Part shown: piece after piece, positions 25,667 to 31,500 of the stretch
Numbering within the stretch: the first letter of the stretch is position 1
Layout: the number at the start of each line of letters is the position of its first letter
DNA from: a virus
Taxonomy: Duplodnaviria; Caudoviricetes
Length of the DNA: 31,500 bases
IMG/VR virus record: IMGVR_UViG_3300016263_000530
Coordinates: 1 to 31,500 of that record
Reading direction: 5' to 3' (one strand)
Notes under the pieces: model-generated
What the model was told of the DNA's origin: nothing
Databases searched by the model: none
The model's input: the letters and a program-made list of their open reading frames with translations, nothing else
Position numbers and translations under genes: made by a program

Positions 25667-26009
25667 ATTAATTTCGAATCTTTCAAATTTAGATAAAACT
25701 TGGATATTTGATCTTGATGGAACTTTAGTTGTTCATAATGGATATAAAAATGATGGAGATTCTTTACTTCCAGGAGTAAAGAAATTTTTTGAAAAAAATA
25801 TTAAAAAGGATGATTATGTTTTAATATTAACTGCTAGGAAATCAAAGTACAAAACGATAACAGAAAAGTTTTTACTTGACAATGAAATAATTTTTGATAA
25901 AATTATCTATGATTTGCCAGTAGGAGAAAGAATTTTATTCAATGATAAAAAAGAAAGTGGATTAATTACATCATACTGTTTTAATTTAAAAAGAAATGAG
26001 GGTCTATGA
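25659..26009 (+). CDS. Minimal HAD-family phosphatase
   Basis: FDLDGT, LTAR and FNDK; probable GTG start at 25659 with GGAG SD. Confidence 0.8.
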   Translation: MNKLISNLSNLDKTWIFDLDGTLVVHNGYKNDGDSLLPGVKKFFEKNIKKDDYVLILTARKSKYKTITEKFLLDNEIIFDKIIYDLPVGERILFNDKKESGLITSYCFNLKRNEGL

Positions 26010-27529
26010 GTATTAAACTTGTTGAAAGTAGTCAAAGGGGGTTTTTGTCTAATTATATTTCAATACTTACTAGTCTTAGGTATTTGGAAAATAATGGGAC
26101 CAACCTTAAAGATGTGAGGATTGGTTCTCAAATGTTTTCCTTATATGGAAATCCATCTAACTGGTTTTCGGAAAAATGTATTTCTGATCAAGGAACAGAT
26201 TTCTCCACTCCAAACACATGGAATCTTTCTATGTGGCCAACTTTTAAAGAGTTGGATTTGATTCAATACACTAAGTATATTCCATTTAATTCTAGAGTGA
26301 AAAAACTTCTTGAAAGTGACAGTAGAGATTACTCAAATGCTTTAGGAATTCATTATCGTGGTACGGATAATAGATCTTCTGGTCATACTCAGTATGTAAC
26401 TGTAGAAAAGTTTTTAGATTCAGCCTTAGAAGAATTTGAAAGAAATAATTACGACTCTATCTTTATTGCTACAGATGAAGTCAATATAATTGAAAGATTT
26501 CAAAATATCTTTTTAGAAAAATATAACTTCACTAATATTTTTTACTTTGATCATATTAGAATTGATAGTAATGTAGGTCTTCATTATAGTAATTTTTCTG
26601 AGGATGTGAAGATTCTTTTAGGTGATCAAGTTTTAGTAGACGCACATGCATTATCTAAGTGCAAAACTGTTATTGGTAAAACTTCTAATGTTACTAATTA
26701 TGCCAGGATATTAAATCCTTATCTTGAGATTTTGTATCAAGATTTGGATACAAATGTTATTAATGGTAGATATGTCTCTGGTGGAAATTTTTCTCAAATT
26801 AGAACATCTGATATTCAACCATTTATTTTTAACTGGAGAAATCAATTTGAAAAAACATGTGTTTCTGAAGATGCTTTAAAACAGATCTTTGGTGAAGTTA
26901 CTGTTATTAATAGTGATGAGGAAAATACCAGACCTGGATGGATTGATATTGGTGAAGAGTCTTATTTCACTGCACAATTTGTAAAAGCTTTAGAGTTGTT
27001 TAAGGACGATAAAAAAGTTTTAATGCATGTTCAGGGTGATACTTCATACGATAACTATGAACAACTAGTTAAAGATGCTAGAAAGTATTATAGTTCTTAT
27101 GAATGGGGAGTTTATGCTCCAGATGTGACTAATGTGTGGTATACTCCAGAGAATACTGACATCGAAGGTATTGTTTCTGAAGATCCTGGAATTAAAATGG
27201 TTGCTTGTACTGATGAAACAGTATGGTTTATCCACAGAGATGTTATTGAAGATTTTTACAAAAGAAATCTTCAACAAATCATGACCCCAGAAAAAATGAA
27301 AATGGGTTGGGGTTGGGATATGGTTATGAATGGCATTTCTTTCTTAATGGGAAGACCAGTCATTAGAGATTATAATCATGAAGTTCAACATGCTATGGGA
27401 ACAAACTATAGTAAAGAACATGCATCAGTTGAGATGGGTAATCTTTGGAATAGTTTGCCCGAAGATCTAAAAGAATGTATCACTTATATTAAAGGTGATA
27501 GAGAAAAACTAGTAAAGTATTTTCAATAA
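26006..27529 (+). CDS. Two-domain protein: NodZ/O-fucosyltransferase-like N-terminus plus an unassigned, possibly GT-A, C-terminus
   Basis: GIHYRGTD, IFIATDE and D...LSKC...GKTSN fucosyltransferase motifs; the second domain starts near FIFNWR. Confidence 0.7.
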   Translation: MSIKLVESSQRGFLSNYISILTSLRYLENNGTNLKDVRIGSQMFSLYGNPSNWFSEKCISDQGTDFSTPNTWNLSMWPTFKELDLIQYTKYIPFNSRVKKLLESDSRDYSNALGIHYRGTDNRSSGHTQYVTVEKFLDSALEEFERNNYDSIFIATDEVNIIERFQNIFLEKYNFTNIFYFDHIRIDSNVGLHYSNFSEDVKILLGDQVLVDAHALSKCKTVIGKTSNVTNYARILNPYLEILYQDLDTNVINGRYVSGGNFSQIRTSDIQPFIFNWRNQFEKTCVSEDALKQIFGEVTVINSDEENTRPGWIDIGEESYFTAQFVKALELFKDDKKVLMHVQGDTSYDNYEQLVKDARKYYSSYEWGVYAPDVTNVWYTPENTDIEGIVSEDPGIKMVACTDETVWFIHRDVIEDFYKRNLQQIMTPEKMKMGWGWDMVMNGISFLMGRPVIRDYNHEVQHAMGTNYSKEHASVEMGNLWNSLPEDLKECITYIKGDREKLVKYFQ

Positions 27530-28365
27530 TGGACAAAAATAAATCAATAGGTAAATTAAAGGGTTTACCTCATATTCTTTGGTTAAATTTGGATAGAGAT
27601 ACTCATAGACGTGAGTATATGGAAACTCAATTTAACTATTGGGAGATCGAAAACCATACTCGTATTTCTGGATTTGATGGAAGGGATGATGATGTTGCTT
27701 TGCATTTGAAGGGAAGATTTCCAGAACAAATGACTCAAAATGAAACAGGATGTGTTTTGTCTCATCTAAAAGCAATTAAGTATTTTTACGAAGAAACTAA
27801 TCTTCCTTACGTCTTGATTTGTGAAGACGATGTTGATTTTGAGTTAGTTAGGTATTGGGATTTTACCTGGAAAGATTTTTTTTCTAAACTTCCATATGAT
27901 TGGGACTCTATTCAACTCGCTGTAATTTCTACAGGAGAAATTTATCTTCAACTTCATCACAGGTTTATTAACGACTTTTCTGCTGCAGCTTATTTGATTA
28001 CTCGTCACCATGCCAAAAAAATTATTACAAATCATGTAAAGGATGATAAGTTTAAACTTGATAATGGTGTAAAACCAAGAGCTGTATCTGAAGATCTTAT
28101 TTTCGAATCTGGTAAAACTTATACCATTCCACTTTTTCTTTATAGACTTGATCTTGGATCCGCAATTCATCCTGAACACATTGATATTTTTCACAAGAAT
28201 AGTCACAATGGGTTGTTGAATTTTTGGCAACAGATGGGATCACAAGTTAAGATTAATGATTTGATGGTTTATGATCCATATCTTGGTCGTATTTCTCAAA
28301 ATGCATCAACAGAGTCTCAACCGACTCAAATGATTGATGAAGTGGTCCAAGCCCCCTTGACATGA
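27529..28365 (+). CDS. GT25-family glycosyltransferase
   Basis: WLNLDR..RR, GCVLSH, LICEDD and AAYLIT. Confidence 0.85.
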   Translation: MDKNKSIGKLKGLPHILWLNLDRDTHRREYMETQFNYWEIENHTRISGFDGRDDDVALHLKGRFPEQMTQNETGCVLSHLKAIKYFYEETNLPYVLICEDDVDFELVRYWDFTWKDFFSKLPYDWDSIQLAVISTGEIYLQLHHRFINDFSAAAYLITRHHAKKIITNHVKDDKFKLDNGVKPRAVSEDLIFESGKTYTIPLFLYRLDLGSAIHPEHIDIFHKNSHNGLLNFWQQMGSQVKINDLMVYDPYLGRISQNASTESQPTQMIDEVVQAPLT

Positions 28366-28390
28366 ACTTGTCACTCATGTATACTAAATA
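28357..28390 (+). promoter_or_regulatory. Overlapping early and late promoters
   Basis: TTGACA-N17-TATACT with CTAAATA (28384-28390) overlapping the -10; internal TGACA-N6-TGTCA. Confidence 0.7.
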
Positions 28391-28445
28391 GGTTCTTGAA
28401 ACTTCATGGTTTCAAAATGTACTTTACTTTAAAAACAAAAACACT

Positions 28446-29324
28446 ATGATTATTCGTTCTTTCATCGCCGCTTCTTCTGTTGCTCTGACTTCTGTTCCTG
28501 TTATGGCACAAGTTACTAGTGTAACGCAATTGCGTGATGTGCAACCTACCGAGTGGTCTTATCAAGCAATCTCCAACCTAGTTTCTCGTTATGGATGCGT
28601 TGCTGGTTATCCTGATGGAACTTTCCGTCCTGGTCAACCTGCTACTCGTGCTGAACTCGCTTCTCTTACGAACGCTTGTCTTGATCGCATTACTGAGTTT
28701 TATACTGCTGCTGACGCACAACTGGCTGCTGCTCTTCGTGCTGAGTTTGCAAAGGAACTGGGTGCTACCAATGCCCGTGTAAGTGCTCTGGAACTTGCTT
28801 CTGCTCGTAAGGCTCAAGGTGTTGGTAACTATCTTGGTGCTGGTGTTCTTCTGAACAAACAAGGTGTTGATGGTAATGGTTATACCGAGAACCGTACTAT
28901 CTCTGGTGCAACTATTCAGGGTCGTTATGCTGTAAAGACTTTTAGTAATCAGAATGCTGTTGCTGTTCGTCCTTATACTAACCTCGTAGGTACTCCTGCT
29001 GGTCAGATTGGTGCTGCTGGTGGTGCTCTGATTTCCTATGACTGGAGTCTTTCCCGTTCTGCTTCTGGTGTAAGTCGTGCCAACATCTACACTGGTGTTG
29101 GTTATCAGATTCCTTTCGTGAACAACACTGATGCCAACTTCCAATCTGCTGTTGGTGAGAAGGGTCAAGTTGTCCTTGCTCTTGGTATTGAAGGTCGTCT
29201 GACCAACTCTCTGGTTGGTTTTGCTGACCTGAAGTTCCCCACCACCAATGCTGCTAATAGCTACGGTGCTACCAACGGAACTTATTCACCTGTGTTCACC
29301 ACTGGTCTGGGTTTCAAGTTCTGA
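28446..29324 (+). CDS. SLH-domain outer-membrane beta-barrel protein with a cyanobacterial porin-like N-terminus
   Basis: Signal peptide; VTSVTQLRDVQPTEW...YGCVAGYPDGTF...TRAE; coiled coil; C-terminal GLGFKF. Confidence 0.85.
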   Translation: MIIRSFIAASSVALTSVPVMAQVTSVTQLRDVQPTEWSYQAISNLVSRYGCVAGYPDGTFRPGQPATRAELASLTNACLDRITEFYTAADAQLAAALRAEFAKELGATNARVSALELASARKAQGVGNYLGAGVLLNKQGVDGNGYTENRTISGATIQGRYAVKTFSNQNAVAVRPYTNLVGTPAGQIGAAGGALISYDWSLSRSASGVSRANIYTGVGYQIPFVNNTDANFQSAVGEKGQVVLALGIEGRLTNSLVGFADLKFPTTNAANSYGATNGTYSPVFTTGLGFKF

Positions 29325-29335
29325 TCTTCTGACAT

Positions 29336-29372
29336 TGGGGGGGTTGACAAAGCCCCCTTTCCCATATATACT
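29336..29372 (+). promoter_or_regulatory. Terminator-like hairpin with an embedded sigma70 promoter for the hli-petF operon
   Basis: G-run/GCCCCC-TTT hairpin encloses TTGACA (29344); N17 to TATACT (29367). Confidence 0.75.
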
Positions 29373-29398
29373 AGTGCAACATTTCGTAATAGAACTAA

Positions 29399-29593
29399 AT
29401 GACAGTTACAACTAATGATCGTGGTCAACAAAATATGTGGGCCAAAGAACCCACTATGTACTACGAAAATTATGGGATGGACACCCCCAATCAAATAAAG
29501 GAAAAGTATAATGGGCGCTGGGCAATGGTCGGTTTTATTTCTGGTCTTGTTTCTTATATGGTCACAGGTAATTTCTTCTTCGGGGTCTTCTAA
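29399..29593 (+). CDS. hli: High-light-inducible protein
   Basis: MWAKEPTMY N-terminus, EKYNGRWAMVGF chlorophyll-binding motif and TG..FG end. Confidence 0.92.
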   Translation: MTVTTNDRGQQNMWAKEPTMYYENYGMDTPNQIKEKYNGRWAMVGFISGLVSYMVTGNFFFGVF

Positions 29594-29680
29594 ATGACCG
29601 AACTCATTTTCACTGTAACAAGCATTGCTTTCTTTGTATTGCTTGCACATTCTGTAAATCAACTTTCTAAAACATACTGA
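29594..29680 (+). CDS. 28-aa single-transmembrane peptide ([28 protein letters not shown]), absent from the ORF track
   Basis: Starts right after the hli stop and ends in a TGATG overlap with petF. Confidence 0.65.
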   Translation: MTELIFTVTSIAFFVLLAHSVNQLSKTY

Positions 29681-29970
29681 TGGCTTACACTATTACTCTT
29701 CAATCTCCTGACGGCACTGAAAATACTTTTGAATGTGCTGAAGATCAATATATCCTGGAGGCTGCTGAAGAAGCAGGTATTGATTTACCTTCCTCTTGTC
29801 GTGCTGGTGCTTGCTCTGCTTGTGCTGGTAAAGTTGTTTCTGGTGAGGTTGACAATGAAGATCAAACTTTTCTTGATGATGATCAAATGTCAGAAGGATT
29901 CACTCTTCTTTGTGTAGCATATCCTAAGTCTGATTGTGTTATCCTGACTGAACAGGAAGAGAATCTGTGA
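29680..29970 (+). CDS. petF: Plant-type [2Fe-2S] ferredoxin
   Basis: [10 protein letters not shown]...LLCVAYP. Confidence 0.97.
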   Translation: MAYTITLQSPDGTENTFECAEDQYILEAAEEAGIDLPSSCRAGACSACAGKVVSGEVDNEDQTFLDDDQMSEGFTLLCVAYPKSDCVILTEQEENL

Positions 29971-30164
29971 GTGCTGGGATGCTTGGTCAACTTGGAGTTG
30001 CTCTCCAAAGTCTAGATTGGAATGATCTAGAACTCGAAGTTAAAGTTGCAGGTACTTTAAAGAATGACAAGTTTATTGTCATCAAACCTGTTAAAGAAAA
30101 ATTGGTATCTAATCTAGATCCAAACCTTAAACAAAAACACCCTTATAAAGGAGAAACAAAATGA
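29967..30164 (+). CDS. Hypothetical protein (65 aa)
   Basis: GTGA/ATGA-coupled on both sides. Confidence 0.65.
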   Translation: MSAGMLGQLGVALQSLDWNDLELEVKVAGTLKNDKFIVIKPVKEKLVSNLDPNLKQKHPYKGETK

Positions 30165-30280
30165 AATTCGGATTTACTGAAGATGCAGAACGTCTTAATG
30201 GTCGTCTTGCAATGATTGGATTTGTAGCTGCTGTTGGTGCATACCTTGCAACTGGGCAAATCATTCCTGGTGTCTGGTAA
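30161..30280 (+). CDS. hli: High-light-inducible protein, 39 aa, absent from the ORF track
   Basis: [39 protein letters not shown]; SD AAGGAG. Confidence 0.95.
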   Translation: MKFGFTEDAERLNGRLAMIGFVAAVGAYLATGQIIPGVW

Positions 30281-30288
30281 TAAATTTT

Positions 30289-30321
30289 AGGGGAGGGCAA
30301 CCTCCCCTTTTTTAATAAATA
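30289..30321 (+). terminator. Terminator followed by late-promoter-like ATAAATA (30315-30321)
   Basis: AGGGGAGG-GCAA-CCTCCCCT followed by a T-run. Confidence 0.88.
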
Positions 30322-30340
30322 TTTTTTTTATAGAAATAAC

Positions 30341-30850
30341 ATGATTGGACCAAAAAAGAGACCGCAAGATTTTGGATTTAAACAAGGTGATACCCATATC
30401 ATAGTTAATGATATTTCAGAGACTGCGAAAGCATATGATTTTTCTGGAAAACTTCTATGGGAACTTCCTGCATTAGCTAGGGGTCAGGGTAGTGATTTTG
30501 AATTTAAATTCACTAATACTGACACTCCTCCAGGTCTTTATAAGATTGGAACAATCTATAAAGATTATGAAAGAGATTCTACGCCACCATATTCTAGAGA
30601 TGTAATGGCTTTTGGTTGGTATAGTTTTGATCTTGTTGAACTTGAGTCGCAAGAAAGCAAGTATGGTCGTGGAGGTATTATGATTCATGGTGGAGGTTCT
30701 GCCTGTGGTTGGCCAGGTGCGTGGCATCCTATGCAACCACTCTATTCAACTCATGGTTGTGTGAGAATGCACAACAAACACCTTAAAGATCATGTTCTTC
30801 CATTGACTAAAACTGGTACAGTCTACGTTTCTGTCTATCAGGAAGGTTGA
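30341..30850 (+). CDS. L,D-transpeptidase (YkuD) catalytic-domain protein
   Basis: TPPG, IMIHGG...STHGCVRM catalytic His/Cys motif and GTVYV. Confidence 0.85.
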   Translation: MIGPKKRPQDFGFKQGDTHIIVNDISETAKAYDFSGKLLWELPALARGQGSDFEFKFTNTDTPPGLYKIGTIYKDYERDSTPPYSRDVMAFGWYSFDLVELESQESKYGRGGIMIHGGGSACGWPGAWHPMQPLYSTHGCVRMHNKHLKDHVLPLTKTGTVYVSVYQEG

Positions 30851-30852
30851 AT

Positions 30853-31467
30853 ATGACTATTAAATTTATTGATGCTGCTGAACATCATAAAGGTTTGCCT
30901 CATCAAAATGATGCCTGGGCATTTCTTCAGGCATCAGTTCATAAAGAAATACTTGATGAGTTTGCTAGAAGATATCGTAATGAGAAAGTAGAACCAACAT
31001 TGGAGGGTCTTCCAATTCCAGGTGTAGAACTAATTAAAGAATTTGAAGGTTGTCATTTAAGAGCATACTATGACCCTCTTACTGGTGGATTGCCTATTAC
31101 AATTGGATGGGGTTCTACCAGAAGAAAAGATGGTTCTAGGTTTATGATTGGAAATACCATCACTCAAGATGAGGCAGATGACCTTCTTTATTATCAATTA
31201 AGAAGAGAGTTTCTTCCTGCACTACAAAAAATACCTTACTGGAGTGAGATGAATGACAACCAAAGAGGGGCTTTACTTTCTTTTGCATATAATCTTGGTG
31301 CAGGTTTTTATGGTGCTTCTAACTTCAATACTATTACAAGGGTCTTGAAGAACAAGGAATGGGATAAAGTTCCTGATGCCTTGTATCTTTACAGAAATCC
31401 TGGTACTAATGTTGAGGCAGGACTAGCAAGAAGAAGAAAAGCAGAAGGGAACTTGTTTAAACTATAA
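30853..31467 (+). CDS. GH24 phage lysozyme with an N-terminal extension
   Basis: LIKEFEG...YYD...TIGWG, ALLSFAYNLG and GLARRRKAE. Confidence 0.92.
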   Translation: MTIKFIDAAEHHKGLPHQNDAWAFLQASVHKEILDEFARRYRNEKVEPTLEGLPIPGVELIKEFEGCHLRAYYDPLTGGLPITIGWGSTRRKDGSRFMIGNTITQDEADDLLYYQLRREFLPALQKIPYWSEMNDNQRGALLSFAYNLGAGFYGASNFNTITRVLKNKEWDKVPDALYLYRNPGTNVEAGLARRRKAEGNLFKL

Positions 31468-31480
31468 ATAACTATAAATA
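31461..31480 (+). promoter_or_regulatory. Tandemly duplicated T4 late promoter
   Basis: ACTATAAATA twice, giving TATAAATA at 31463 and 31473. Confidence 0.75.
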
Positions 31481-31500
31481 ACTAAAAAGTATTCATAAAA

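Noticed and set aside
28578-29168. 196-aa antisense ORF in the porin-like gene
   Set aside because: Explained by the T-ending codon bias of the sense gene; Ser/Thr-rich with no motifs.

Overview
This is a 31.5 kb segment of an AT-rich T4-like cyanomyovirus genome, probably from freshwater, with all credible genes on the + strand. In order it holds: uvsX (5'-truncated), gp41 helicase and mazG; a late operon of a PD-(D/E)xK-like nuclease, a KxDG ligase-like protein and an HxGH nucleotidyltransferase; probable virion proteins; gp61 primase and nrdAB; an NtcA box with a tandem glutamine (glnA-type) riboswitch ahead of two tiny ORFs; an Hjc-like nuclease; rlpA with a structured leader; an 11-tRNA array containing structured spacers, a tRNA-like RNA, two antitoxin-like genes and a manA-like RNA; a nucleotide-sugar/glycosyltransferase cluster; an SLH-porin-like gene; hli-petF-hli; and an L,D-transpeptidase plus lysozyme. 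The most notable observations are the gifB-like nitrogen-sensing cassette, two tRNAs with atypical variable arms, a D-arm-less tRNA-like RNA, late promoters embedded in start-site hairpins, and a candidate NDP-arabinose pathway. All family calls come from motif recognition by eye; no database searches were run.
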